From Vicugna vicugna (lineage: Eukaryota), in assembly GCA_013265495.1 (NCBI GenBank), contig MU058226.1, positions 644,741-708,740 of the forward strand: a DNA stretch of 64,000 nt. The letters run 5' to 3'. Numbering within the stretch: the first letter of the stretch is position 1; each line of letters opens with the position of its first letter. Positions 1 through 13,497 of this stretch are shown here, in pieces. The notes below the pieces were generated by a model. The model saw only the letters and a list, made by a program, of their open reading frames with translations, did not search any database and was not told where the DNA came from. The translations under genes were made by a program, and so were the position numbers.

Positions 1-169
1 ACCACAGCCAGGCACGGAATCCTGTCTACTGACTTCCTTTTCTCCCTGATTCAGACCTCCCGAGTCCAGGCCACCTCCCAAGCTTCTTCCCCAAACACAC
101 TCCAGTCTCCAGACCCAAGAAGCAGCTGCAGCCATCTCCGTGCTTCTACCTGAGGAGTTTTTGTTTTCC

Positions 170-670
170 CGCCACGGGTAGCGAAGACACTCGGGACTGG
201 GCGGGGGCTCGCACCGGGGCGGGGCCGGGCAGCCGTGGGCGGAGCTGGACCGCTGGGTGGCGCTGTTTCTCGCGGTGAGATACCGGGTCTTCCGTCGGCT
301 GTTCTACCTGCCCGGCTCCGCTCCCTTGCCTCTTGCTTCTCCTTCCTCGCCGCTTCTTCTCCCTTGCTCTCCTTTTCTTTCCTTCCACTCTCACCCTCAA
401 CAGTTGAGGGTTTTAGCTGTGCTGGCCCAGGGCCCGGGGATTTTACCTTCTCTGAGGCGGCTGCTTAGAGGGCCTGTGACCCTGTGGGTGAGGCTGCGGT
501 GTGAGGCCACGACGTGGACGACGAAGGACGAAACCGGGGTCTCCTCTCAGGTTGCTGCCTCGGGGAGTTCCAGGCGGGGCCCTCACGGCGAACACCCCGC
601 CTGGAGGAGACGCGTGCTTGTGAGTTCGAGCACACACGGTTGCGTCCCTGTGCTTCTGTGCCCATCGTAA
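170..670. promoter_or_regulatory. CpG-rich, promoter-like segment with GC boxes
   Basis: Dense CpGs against the CpG-depleted rest of the window; GGGCGG motifs at ~199-242, including ggggcggggc. Confidence 0.55.
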
Positions 671-841
671 AAGAGAATAGTGTATCTCTGCAGAAGGGGT
701 TTGATCCATGAAGAATAAGGATTACCCTCAGGGCCTGGAGTATACTGACGTTTCCTGTTTTAATGATGTTTTCCACCACCTAAATACATTAGGAAACCCA
801 CTGAAGTGAGATATGTTCCTCATTAAAAACGACCCGGGTCA

Positions 842-927
842 GGGGTGGGGTGGGTATAGCTCAGTGGTAGAGCGCATGCGCAAGGTCCTGGGTTCAATCC
901 CCCAGTACCTCCATTAAAAAAAAAAAA
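842..927 (+). mobile_element. tRNA-derived SINE (camelid vic-1-like)
   Basis: gggtatagctcagtggtagagcgcatg...ggtcctgggttcaatccccagtacctcca with A/B boxes and an A-tail. Confidence 0.85.
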
Positions 928-2439
928 GATCCAGTTAACTTCTCCCATAACTGCTAAATTGACTCTTTAGCTCCCCTCCCTGCTGAGGGCATATCCCTGA
1001 ATTAATCCTCTAACATTCATCAGTTCAGATCTCTACGGTGACAGTCTGCAGGAACATTTCCATTCCTTGACTCTCCAGTGATTCTTAGCCCTTCACCAGC
1101 AAACCAGACCAGAAAACTGCAGTCTTGTGCCACAGACATTGGCTTGGATTGATCTCAAAGCACTTCCTCTTCAAAGGGCGATACTTTGAAAACTATGAAC
1201 CTATTTTGTTAGTGACGATGGAACGAGATTTCTTGGGTGTCAAGTTCCAAATCTACCTACTGTAACTCAATGCACAGAGGAAAGAAATGTATTGGTTCCC
1301 AGTTTTGAAAATGTACTATAGTACCTGAGATGTTACCATTACAATAAGCTTGAAGAGTGCATGGGACATCTCTGTACTATTTTTGCAATTTTCTGTGAGT
1401 CTAGAATTATTTCAAAGCAAAAGAAGGAGGGAAGGAGGGAAAGAGAAAGAAGAAAAGGTGGAGAAAGAGGAGAGGCATTAAAAATATGTCCTTAGGGGAA
1501 AATTTGATAACATTAAGGAAAAGGGACTCTATTCCTGACATTTAGCTACGGCTCTATTGTGGCTTCCTGCTTTAGTGAACTGGATTAATGAACATGTGTG
1601 GTTGCAATGACTTTGCCTAGACAAGAGGCAGGGATGTGTAGAAGCCCTCAGCCTGTCCTGTCACATGCCCCATGAGTCCCTCACTCTTGGGCCTCCCAAA
1701 GAGAGCCAAGTGTCCTTTATCAGCAGGCGGGGGCTCTGAATAATTCCTAAAGCACCAGCTTTAAAGAGTGATTCTGCCTGGAGCGACTGTCACGCATGTC
1801 TCCCTCAGGACTCCAGTAGGCTCACTGCAGCTGGTAGGTGGCTAATGGAGGTTTATAGGATGGAGATCTTGATTATGTCATCTTTAAAGACTTGACCAAC
1901 ATCTGGCGTGGTCTGGAAGATGCCACTGAAGAGGGTATACACACAGAGCCCTGGGAATTGGGGAGCTGAGTCACTTGAGAGTCTGAAAGCCTGAGAGCAG
2001 CTGCCTTCTCCTGGGCACAAGCTGAGACTGAGGGAGATTGAAAATATATTGAATCCCCTTGGTCCCCAGGGGCACAGGCTCATTTGTGACCATAGCAGCC
2101 TCATTGGCACCAGGCTGAGGAAGCCTTGGGTTTCTGCAGGGGTGTGAGGAATCAGAGAGGAGAGCAGCAGATGAAACGGTGGAGACTGTAGGACACTGAA
2201 ATTGACTTGAGTGTCTGCTAGAAATGTGAAATGTCATATTTACCGAAAAGTGTAAGGATACCAGTCTCAGGGTACCAGGGGAAAGGGATAAATGAAGACA
2301 ATTTCTTGTCTGTTGGAGAGAAAGACTGAGAGGCTTATACATTTATGAGAGGCATCCCTATTATACATTTGCAAGTTTTCCACGATGTGGGAATGCCACT
2401 TTTTTTTTTAAGAAACTATCCTCTTCTCTGAACTATTTT

Positions 2440-3681
2440 TTTTAAGAATGTAATTGTTTTAATTTTTTTTTCCCTAAGTCAACAAAATATATTTCTTAAT
2501 TTTTTTTCTCTGTGATTTATCATAACATTTTGTGTATATTTCCCTGTGCTATACAGTGTAATCTTGTTTATCTATTCTACAATTTTGAAATCCCAGTCTA
2601 TCCCTTCCCCCCCTCTACCCCCCCCCCCCGGTAACCACAAGTCTGTATTCTCTGTCCATGAGTCTATTTCTGTCCTGTATATATGCTTTGTTTTTGTTTG
2701 TTTGTTTGTTTGTTTGTTTGTTTTTGTTTTTTAGATTCCACATATGCGCGATCTCATATGGTATTTTTCTTTCTCTTTCTGGCTTACTTCACTTAGAATG
2801 ACATTCTCTAGGAGCATCCATGTTGCTGCAAATGGCATTATGTTGTCGGTTTTTATGGCTGAGTAGTATTCCATTGTATAAATATACCACATCTTCTTTA
2901 TCCAGTCACCTGTTGATGGACATTTAGGTTGTTTCCATGTTTTGGCTATTGTAAATAGTGCTGCTATGAACATTGGGGTGCAGGTGTCATCCTGAAGTAG
3001 ATTTCCTTCTGGGTACAAGCCCAGGAGTGGGATTCCTGGGTCATATGGTAAGTCTATTCCTAGTCTTTTGAGGAATCGCCACACTGTTTTCCATAGTGGC
3101 TGCACCAAACTGCATTCCCACCAGCAGTGTAGGAGGGTTCCCCTTTCTCCACAGCCTCTCCAGCATTTGTCATTTGTGGATTTTTGAATGATGGTCATTC
3201 TGACTGGTGTGAGGTGATACCTCATTGTAGTTTTGATTTGCATTTCTCTGATAATTAGTGATATTGAGCATTTTTTCATGTGCTTTTTGATCATTTGTAT
3301 GTCTTCCTTGGAGAATTGCTTGTTTAGGTCTTCTGCCCATTTTTGGATTGGGTTGTTTATTTTTTTCTTATTGAGTCGTATGAGCTGCTTATATATTTTG
3401 GAGATCAAGCCTTTGTCGGTTTCACTTGTAAAAATTTTCTCCCATTCCGTAGGTTTTCTTCTTGTTTTATTTCTGGTTTCCTTTGCTCTGCAGAAGCTTG
3501 TAAGTTTCATTAGGTCCCATTTGTTTATTCTTGCTTTTATTTCTTCTAGGAGAAAATTTTTGAAATGTATGTCAGATAATGTTTTGCCTATGTTTTCCTC
3601 TAGGAGGTTTATTGTATCTTGTCTTATGTTTAAGTCTTTAATCCATTTTGAGTTGATTTTTGTATATGGTGTAAGGGTGTG
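2440..3681 (-). mobile_element. Young 5'-truncated LINE-1 (ORF2 C-terminus plus 3'UTR)
   Basis: Uninterrupted ORF2 C-terminal frame ([29 protein letters not shown]...[16 protein letters not shown]). Perfect 15-bp TSD tctctgaactatttt (2425-2439 and 3682-3696). Confidence 0.95.
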
Positions 3682-3744
3682 TCTCTGAACTATTTTCTAA
3701 AATTTTTTTAACTTTTTAAAAATTTTAACTTTTTATTTTTATTA

Positions 3745-3834
3745 TTATTATTTTTTAATTGTACTGGGGATTGAACTCAGGACCTCATGCAAGCTAAGCA
3801 TGTGCTCTACTACTGAGCCATACCCACACCCCCA
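3745..3834 (-). mobile_element. tRNA-derived SINE (vic-1-like)
   Basis: Reverse complement of the same consensus. Confidence 0.85.
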
Positions 3835-4568
3835 GATGCCACTTTTAAAGAAATGGCACGGTCTGCATGGATTGTGGAGCTTATTTTTAAAACTCAGTAT
3901 ATGTCTTAGTGCTTTACTGTATATTATCTCCCAAGTGTGTTTTTGCTTATTTGACTATTTTAAATTTTTACCAAACTTATACATGCATGGAATTTTAAAA
4001 GGCAAAAGGTCCTACAAGACTTATAACAAAAAGCTGTGGTCTCTTAACACCACTTTCACAATCTCTAATTCTCTTTTCCTAGATGCCAAAATTTCAATGC
4101 TCAATTGGTTTTATCTTCTTATTTTTTAATAACAAGTTGTGTCAGCCAGGGTTGAGTGCAGGAAATGGCGATTACTCTAGGTATATTAAACAGGAAGGGA
4201 TTTTACAAAGACTTTTAGGAGCTTTTGAAATCTTTTAGGAGGGCTGAAGGAGCAGGTTCTCGGCTGAGCCTTAGGGAATGATAGCAGAACAGTGCAGATC
4301 TATTAGGTGACCCTTTGATTGCTTGTCTGTAAATTTATCACAAATTTGTCATCAAATTCTCCTTCAACAGTGTGGTTTTCCTCTCCATTCAAATGCACAA
4401 TAATTAATCAATTTGTCTTTTTCTTGGACGTAGCCTTCTGTAACCAGGTAAAGAAATTCTCTTTATTCCTGAGGTTTTGGCCCCAAATTCCTATTTCAAT
4501 CTGGACCTGTTGATCCCTAGGTGTCCCACATAGCTGCCTCTTGGAATGTCCCTTTAGCATTTATATAT

Positions 4569-4570
<2 letters not shown>

Positions 4571-4605
<35 letters not shown>

Positions 4606-4625
4606 TGTGTGCGTGTGTGTGTGTA
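4571..4625. repeat. (GT)n microsatellite; others at ~8422-8454, ~12955-13003 and ~42415-42446
   Basis: Direct inspection. Confidence 0.9.
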
Positions 4626-7600
4626 TGTATAAAATGATACTGCTTAACACCTGAAGGTGACAAGAAAAACTCTGGAATTTTCTTGACCCAAGGAGGGATA
4701 GGAAAGAAGACAGAGCTATTGGTTGTCATGGGCACTGTTTCCACAGCTGCATTGCCATTTTGACTGTCATTACATATAGTTTGATGGACTGTGCTGTGAC
4801 AAAAATATAACTTTTTCTTGATTTGACAGTGATCTAGGCAGGACAGACAACAATAGCCCCACTTGATAAATGGACAAACTAAGGGTGAGAGAGATTATAC
4901 ACTCTATTAAGGGGCAGCACTGGATTAGGACCCAGGTTTTCTGGCTTTTTCTTTTCTGATGTCTGTTTTCACTCCGTTAACTCATTCACAGTCAAAAAAT
5001 GACTGCCTTACAGTTAATGTGGCAAAAATCATCAGAAATCCTACAGTCACTAGAAGAAAAATCCCACAAAGTAGGACACCTGCTCACTACTGGAGCCTCA
5101 GTGCTGAAGTCAGTGCCTGTCCCAGAGCTGGCACTTAATGAATGTGTATAAAATGAATGAATGAACGGTGTAGCTGTTTATTTAGTGAGGGAGCAAAGCT
5201 CCAGAAATTTTAAGTGACTCATCAAAGGTCATTTGTCATATTTTATAAATTACAAGATGTGTAATAATTTTCACACTTAATATCTCTTAAATGGGGGTAT
5301 ATCTTACAATCAATAATACGTCATAGTTAATTGACTGTGTTTTTCTTTCTTAGTGGTGCATGAAACAGTGGTATGTTGACAGCAAATGGAGTCTTAGATT
5401 CAATGAAAAATGGTGGCTGTTTGTGGCCATAAGCTGGGCCTCAGTGCCCAGAAAGTGCAACACAGGGAGGGAGCTGGGGTGTTACACTATGAGCTGTAAC
5501 GCCAGCCAACTTCCCCTGAGGCACTCAGAAGTAGGCGATCTATTTTGAAGAGAGATGCCAGTCTCTGAGAGGGCTGCTCTCCAGGCCTGGCCACTAGGGG
5601 CCTCATAAGACATTTCATCAGAAAGATACCGGCAGTCTGAGAGCCTGTCTTTGGCCAGGCTATTGGTTGCCATGGATACTGTTTCCACAGTTGCTTTGCC
5701 CTTTTGACTGTCACTGCATCCGTACCTACCCCCGCCATTATCTCTTTTGGTTGCTGAATATATATTTAAATTAAATCTTCATTCATGTCAATTTAACAGG
5801 TTTACCATATCCAGATTTTTCTAATGGCTGATTTTCATTAATGTTGACGTTTATGGTATCTATTTGACTTTACTAGTTAGTTCCGCTTTTTATAATACTT
5901 GCAACCCTGTGGTCCAGTATCCAATGCTCCATTATACCTCAGCTCCATTCAAGTTGGGTATCAGCTGCAAGCAGCTAAACACAAGCCGTGAATACTGATG
6001 AGGACGAGGAAGAATGGGTCTGTTGTGAGACCCAGTGTGAGAGAAAATGCCTCTGATCAGTGGGTACGTCTGTAGCTCATCTTTCTCGCTGCTCTGAATG
6101 GTTCAATTGCTGATGGTAAATGTCACAGCTGAGAGTTCCATGAGTTTTTTTGTTAAGGTTCCCAAAGAGGGTGTAGTCACAGCTTTTGCATTTTTGTAAC
6201 AGCCATGTCCACCAGCTTCCACCAGCCTCTTGAAGGCAGATGCTGTTTATATGACTCTCCACTGTGTCCTCAGAGCCACATGTAGTAACTAGCGTATGTG
6301 TCCTCATTAAAGATCCGATGTATGGTGAAATGAATCATCACACATCACCTGTCCCGTGAGTAGAGCATAAAAGCTGAAAAACTCTCCTGGGCGGAGAAAA
6401 TCATAAATACCTTGAAGCATCATTGACTTAGGGCTTACAAACCCTTGGGTGGAGTCCTGAGCTTAAAACAGAGCGACTCTGCTAGTGTCCAGCCTTCAGA
6501 TTCTTTCAAGGGTGGGGCCTGAGATGCTGCAAATATTTTAAAAAGCAGAATGCATCTGTCAAGGCAAATAAATGTCAAAACTGACCACACATTTTCCTCT
6601 GTATTTTACACACAGAGATGGGTTTAGTTGTGTCTGTGTATCCACAGCTCATTTTCAGACTGGGGGCTCCCCAAGAATGAGGACGGTGTCTGGTTTCTAT
6701 TGCTTGGCTTAAAGCCCAAAACAGATTAAAGACAAGGTTATTCATCACCTGAGAGGCAGCTGTAACAGTGAATGATCTTGTGGTCAGAAGACCTGAGTTT
6801 AACTCCACCTTCTCCCTCCCCACTCTGCCACTCACCCTCCATGTGACTCGGGGATAATTTATTTAACTCCTCTAAGCCTCAACCTTTGCATTTCTAAGAG
6901 GGGATGATTTTCTTACCTCACCAAGCTGATGTGAGGATCAAAAGAGATCACACATGTGAAAGCAGCACAAAGTGCCCATAAACATGTCATAAATGTCAGG
7001 TCAGTTACCCCCTCCCTTGGAAAGCTTTCCTGGGTCTCTGGCAGCTGAGAGAGGCCCCTCCTTTGGGCTCCACCTTAACACTTACCTCTATTATAGCACC
7101 TTACAATGTAATTGTTGGTTTTCTCGTTCTCCAGGGCAAGACCTCTGTCATTCATTTCAGTTAGTCTCATGTCCTTGTTCTCAAAAGAACACCCAGTACA
7201 TGCTGGCCACTTATTTAAAAAATTTTAATTTCTTTGTATTTCCTAACACGACCAAAACCAAAGAAATAGCATCAAAAGAAAGCATGCATTCATTCCTTTA
7301 TTCAGAAATACATATTTTGTCAAATCTAAGATGACACTGAGTTCAAGATGCACTATCACTTATGTCCCCCTAAGAAAGAAAGACCTCTGCCAACTAAACC
7401 ACGAATCGCCACCAGTGGTAAGACACATCTTCATTTTATTTTTTTATTTTTAAACACCTCCTTTCCAGTGTTTTAATGTCAAACTGAAATTTCAGTTTAA
7501 AATGATTTGTTTTATAATTTTGAGTGCACGCACATGCAAAAATCCCCAAATACATAGTAAATAATTAATACAGGAAAGAAACTCAGCTAAGTGTTCTGAA

Positions 7601-7995
7601 GTTGCACTAAAAGTGGGGAATGGGTGTTATACAGATTTTGTATTTTTAGATTCAGATATTTGTTCATGACAGTGTTGGTTGGAAGGGTTTTGTTTGTTCA
7701 GTATAACATTGATCTAATGATAATTTCCTTTAGTATTTTTTTAAGAAGAAAAACTAGCTATTAACCTTATCAGTTTGTTTAGAAGTAGAACCTGGTATTT
7801 TTTAATTTCGTTAAACTTTGGTGGAGACTTTTGGTACTTTTAGATCCAGCCCTCATGTGCGGTTGTAATCTAAAATCTTAAGGCTTCTGCTGTCTCCGGT
7901 AACATATTTTTCTTATAGGCCATTTCATTAATAGCCAAAGGCAACTATAGCAGTTAAAGGAAAGAGATTTAATTGAAAATTTTAAGGTAACACTA

Positions 7996-8418
7996 TTTTT
8001 TTTGAGGTATAGTTGATTCACTATATTATATAAGTTTCAGGTGTACAATTTAGTAATTCACAATTTTTATAGGTTATTTTCCATTATAAAACATTGGCTA
8101 TATTCTCTGTGTTGTACAATATTTCCTTGTAGCTTAATTATTTTATACATAGTAGCTTGTACTTCTTAATCCTCTCCTCCTGTCTCCCCTCTCCCCTCTT
8201 CCCTCTCCACACTGGTAACCACTAGTTTGTTCTCTATGTCTGTGCATCTGTTTCTTTTTTGTTATATTCACTAGATTTGTTTTATTTTTCAGATTCCACA
8301 TATAAGTGATATAGTATTTGTCTTTCTCTGACTTGTTTCACTTAATAATACCCTCCAAGTCCATTCATGTTGTTGCAAGTAGCAAAATTTCATTCTTTTT
8401 TATGGCTGAGTAGTATTC

Positions 8419-8456
<38 letters not shown>

Positions 8457-8769
8457 CACATCTGCTTTATCTAGTCATCTGTTGATGGGCACTAGGTTGC
8501 TTCCATATCTTGGCTATTGTAAATAATGCTGCTATGAACATCGGGGTGCTTGTATCTTTTAGAATTAGTGTTTTTGTTTTTTTCTGGTATATACCCAGGA
8601 GTGGAATTGCTGGGTCATATGGTTGTTCTATTTTTAGGTATTTGAGAAACTTCCATACTATTTCCACAGTGGCTGCACCATTCCCACCAACAGTGTAGGA
8701 GGGTTCCCTTTTCTCCACATCCTCACCAACATTTGTTATTTGTGTTCTTTTTGATGATAGTCATTTAGA
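7996..8769 (-). mobile_element. LINE-1 3' fragment
   Basis: Degenerate ORF2 end ([29 protein letters not shown]) and 3'UTR with an internal (GT)n. Confidence 0.9.
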
Positions 8770-10819
8770 CTCCATTTTAAACTATAATGTAATGGAGGAA
8801 AATGTACATCTTAGGGTCAGTGAAGAAAAATGTTTATTGAATGCCAATTCTTTTTTTCCCAATTCTTGTTTCATATATTGCCCCCAAGATCCCTTTTCTC
8901 AAGGAAGTAAATTCTAGTGGAAGGAGACAGTGAACAAATAAAACAAAAGTTCAACTTGTGATCAGTTCCACAAAGTAAATAAAAATGATGATATATGGAA
9001 ACTAGAGTTAAGAGTTTTAGATAAACCACAGGAAAAGTCATGTCTAGGTTAGAAGAATAACTGTGTGTTATTAAGGTATCAAAGAATATCTTCTGTAGGG
9101 AGAATGATGAATCACTTTTGCTGGATAACTTCACCAGGCATTCTCTTCTATAAATATGGGGAGACTGAACCAGAATGTGCAGTCGTAGACATTCTTGTGA
9201 GAAGTGACACACCCAAACGGGCAAAAATCCTGTTCAGGCACAATTCTTTAAGGGGTATGCTTGCTCGGTCTCCTCAACCTGGCCAGCCTAGTAACAGCAA
9301 GTGCCAATTTGGGTCACTTGGATGTTGTACCACTTTTTAACAATAAATGCCTAAAAACATTCTCTAAACACTGGACTTCATAAAGAAAAAAGGAGGATTA
9401 GCTGGCCCTACATGCTGGAATGAGCTGTATACATTCATTGAAGAGATGACAAGCATTGATACGTGTAACAAATTACAAGTGTCATAATGAGTATGAGTAT
9501 AATGTGACTTGGAATCCACCCACCAAAGCTTGTAGTTCAAGGTCCCAGAAGTGGTCAGGGAGGGATTTCCCTTATTCTTTAAGGCTTCATTTTTCCCTTC
9601 GGGGTGTTTTTGCAGCATCTTTACCTTGTCCCTTTCTACCTTCAATACTGTCCAGAGACCAGATGATCGTGCATTTGTCTGGGTCCTCACAGGCAGGAAC
9701 CATGCCCTCCTTCCCAGCAGTACCTTGCAGAGGTGGCCACATTCTGGAGTTGGAGGCTACGTGATGAGATGAGGGAGGCTGACTCAGCAAAGCCTCTGTG
9801 CTTTTGGCAGAACTGCTGACCCAAAGGGACATGAGTGTCTTGAGGGTAATCAGTATGGACCAGTTGACTTTAAGAATTTCACTTATCCTATGTGTCCTTA
9901 TGCCTCTAACTTATGTACAGCCCCAGGATCTTTGGAGAGCAGCAAAAAGGACTAAGATTGAATTGCCCTCTAGTCCAACAGGAACAGAAATTATTTTAAG
10001 TGAAAGAAAATAAAATGCTTCAATAGGTCTTGCACGCTAAGGTTTCTAGGCTGAGTCATACAAGCTATGCTACTTACAGAGATTTCACCTTCTCTGCAAT
10101 TGCTCAGTTATCCTTGAGGCGCGGAAACAATATGCAGACTCCCTCAGCTAGAACTTGCGGCTCTAGTGATTCCTATGACATTGCACAAACCAAGACTGCA
10201 TAGGTGCTGCCCCCTTGAAGGCCAAGGCAGATTCTGGAATTCTTTCTGCTTGCCAGTGCTCTTTAGTGAATGCTCAGCCCCAAATCCCAGCCTGGACTGG
10301 GAGAGTTTTATGGTGAAGATCAGACTTTTTTTTAAGTGTTTGGTAACTAAGAGACCATGATCTCATGCATCACGAAGAAAAACACAGTTAATTAAATTAT
10401 GATATGCCATTGACTGTAAGATGTATTCCCATATGAGAGGTGTTGAATGTGAAAATTATTATATATCTTACATTTATGAAATATGATAAATGACTTCTGG
10501 TGAGTCACTTAACATTTCTGGGGCTTTGTTTCCTTATGAAATAGACAGATATACCATTCATTCATTCACCCAATCACTCTTCTTTCCTGGTATAAACTGA
10601 TACCCTTGCTACAGAGAGTTTCTTGAATCACAAACTTCCTTTTCCATCGCTGCTTCCATGGGAGGTCATTTTATTATTATTCTTCCACTCCCTACTTGTG
10701 CATAGGTTACGTGTTCTCAAACTCTTAGCACTAGAAAGGACCTACTGTAGTGTTTCCCTAGATGGAGTCTGTGGATGTATTCTTGGAAGTCCATCATGTC
10801 CATATGATATTTAGAAAGA

Positions 10820-11322
10820 CTGTCATGTAAGTTAGGACCCTGTTTGGCTGGGATTACAGAAGGCTGCTTACCTGAGCTGCAGTACACTACTCGTCTCATA
10901 TGCAAAAGGTTGGGAGTAGCAGCCAGGGTGTAGAAAAGCCATCAGGGACCCAGGTGGTTTCTTTCCCCTGCTCCACTGTTAGCATAATGGTCTTCCCCTT
11001 CCAGTTTGTCTCCTCGATTTGCCAGACCTCCAGATCTCATACTTACCTTTCAGGCAGGAAGAAAAGCAGAGGGTGAAGGGGTGAAGGACCTTCTCCTGGT
11101 GAGCCTCTACCTTTTCACTTCAAGAGGGACACCATCCCCAGAGACTTCTGCCTCCACCCCACTGGCCAGAACCATGTCTCACCACCACACCTGGCTGCTA
11201 GGAAGACTGAGAAACTGGATATTTCCAGTTAGATGCATTGCCATCCCACACAAAACTTGGGTTCTCCAAGTACTAAAGAATAGGAGAATGGATTTTGGAT
11301 AGTGACTCGGTGTTTCTGCCAC
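10820..11322. mobile_element. Degenerate MaLR (MLT1-type) LTR
   Basis: tgtc...ccactggccagaac...ttctgccaca, MLT-like motifs recognised by eye. Confidence 0.5.
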
Positions 11323-12946
11323 ACATGTTTTCTTTAGATGATAATCTTTAAAATCTCCATAATAAAATCTTTTCCTGGATTTTGTTGATGACCAATCTAA
11401 AACCAATATAAAGCTAACAGAAATGATGAGTCTTTATAATTGTCACAGGTTAGCAAGAATAGAACAAGGACTGTCTTAGAATTTGAATGATGCCTTTGCC
11501 TTAATCTGAAGGCCAGATAATCTCACAGCTCAGTGAGAGAATGAAGTCTTGAGAGCTGGCGCAGGGAAAGCCCATGGAAAGGAGATTTGTTTAACTATGC
11601 TGTAGGAATTAATACCATGTCAGTGTTGGGAGCAAATAATTCTTTAGCAAAAAAAATCATGCATCATATTAAATTACCACTGTAATCTGTAATTTTAGTG
11701 GAACAGTAGACTACAAGTATCAGGAGTTTGTATGTCATTTTCTGGTTTATACATACTTAGGTAATATAATAACAATCACAATAATTTAAGCCAACACTGG
11801 GAGTTCTCAAAAATATTTTTTCTCCTTAAAAGAGTTATCACTTAATTTTGAGAAATAGTGGCATTTCTCAAAAATAGTAAGTAATAAATATTTATGTATT
11901 AAATAAGGATTGCTAGTACTTATTTAATCCCATTCTTTCATTTTAAGGATGGGAAAAGAGTCTCTGAGAAGGAAAGGGGTTTGCTCCAAGTGTGCCGAGC
12001 TACCTGATAATGAGCCTCAGTCTTTTAGCTTCCAGCAGCCCCAGTGCACCAATGGGTCAAATGCATCACTGGTTGTATCATAAAAATGATCAGCGCACCT
12101 GTCTGTCTTGAGCATTATCTGGTAAGCAATTTGAGTCTCATTCAGTTTGTAGTGCCAGTACTTGGATGATGACAGGTGTTATGTAAAGTTTGGAAACACT
12201 GACTGAAACTGGATTTTAATATTTCCATTTATCATTCTGTGTTTCCGATTCTCTACCATAACACCATAATTCCATTATCAGACAAATGGTGGAGATGCTA
12301 ATAGCAGTGGCTAGGAGGGCAATGAGTAACCAGCCATCTTCAAAAGTCTTTGCTTTCTGCTTTTAGTCCTGAACTCATGGAGCTGTTACACTTAATATTT
12401 TGGCCTTGTCTGTGGTCTTAGCCATCTTAAGCATCCTTTGTAAGCCTTTCTGTGAAAGAAATTCCACCTCAATGACTCACAGGGACAGAGGTGTTCTCCC
12501 AGTCAGAGGTCAGATCAGGACCTTGCTTTCCTCATTTCATACCATGATTGAGATGGGACTCAGCTATTTGCTATGGTGGCTTGTCCCCACAGTGAGTGAC
12601 TAGTTGGCTACATCCTGTAGACACGGCTTTTTGGCCTGGGTGTTGGGAGGGCTTGGGTGTGGTGCTTTCGAGAGAACAGAAGCTGTTATCCTTCAGCTCG
12701 ACAGACTGCCATGAACAGACAGAAAGGCATGGAATGTTTGGCCCGTGCTAGGCAGTTAATAATTATTTCATTAAATGAGTGAATTTAGATATGTGACCTA
12801 GACAGAAACAGACAAACATTTGCTTTATTTCTTTGATCAGGCTTAATAAATCTCTTTTTTTCCTTCATTTGACTAATTTTTAAATTGAAGTATAGTCGAT
12901 TTACAGCGTTGTGTTAATTTCTGGTATACAGCACAGTGATTCAGTT

Positions 12947-12992
<46 letters not shown>

Positions 12993-13416
12993 GAGAGAGA
13001 GAGAGGGGGGCCTTTTCATATTTTTTTTCATTGTAGGCCATTAAATGTATTGAATGTATTTCCCTGTGCTATACCGTAGGACCTTGTTGTTAAGAATATC
13101 TCTTATATTTGAGTTGTGTGTGTCTCCCCCAAATAGTTTTTAATGACTAAACCTGGTAGATAGGAAAAGGCAATTTTCCTGAGGCTGTAATCATGGCCAG
13201 ACAGAATTAGGTGATACTAAGAGCAGACAGGCATTCTTCTGAGTGTCCCTAAGGTGCTTATCCCCAGGGCCAGCTGCCTTCTTCATCTGGTGGTTCCGGG
13301 GCTCCAGATGGGGGGTGTGGAGGCCCCAGGACACACACCCTGCTTCATGGTCCCGTGGAGGCCGACAGAAGTCTGATTTGCTCTATAACCAGCTGTAGTC
13401 ACTGCTGGGATCTTCT

Positions 13417-13497
13417 TCATGGAGTGCTCCGATCCATGACAGGGGGGTGATAAACAGCTCTGGCGGGTGGATTAAATGGATGCAGGAAACAGTTTTT
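13417..13497 (-). CDS. HCG22: HCG22 orthologue exon 3, cytoplasmic tail
   Basis: Acceptor ctttctttcactctag|, then KNCFLHPFNPPARAVYHPPVMDRSTP*. It shares the AVY.P motif with the MUC21 tail. Candidate AATAAA at 12824-12829. Spliced product is 251 aa. Confidence 0.7.
   Translation of the reverse strand, partial: KNCFLHPFNPPARAVYHPPVMDRSTP

Noticed and set aside
842..927. tRNA gene calls for the tagctcagtggtagag...ggttcaatccc motifs
   Set aside because: Diverged multi-copy elements with A-tails and, for several copies, clear TSDs; these are SINEs.
1853..2140. Acceptor-like site at ~2136 followed by a ~90-codon open frame on the minus strand
   Set aside because: No recognisable protein family, no partner exon found, and the length is compatible with chance.
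2731..3510. 259-aa ORF as a host gene
   Set aside because: It is the LINE-1 ORF2 C-terminus within a TSD-flanked truncated insertion.
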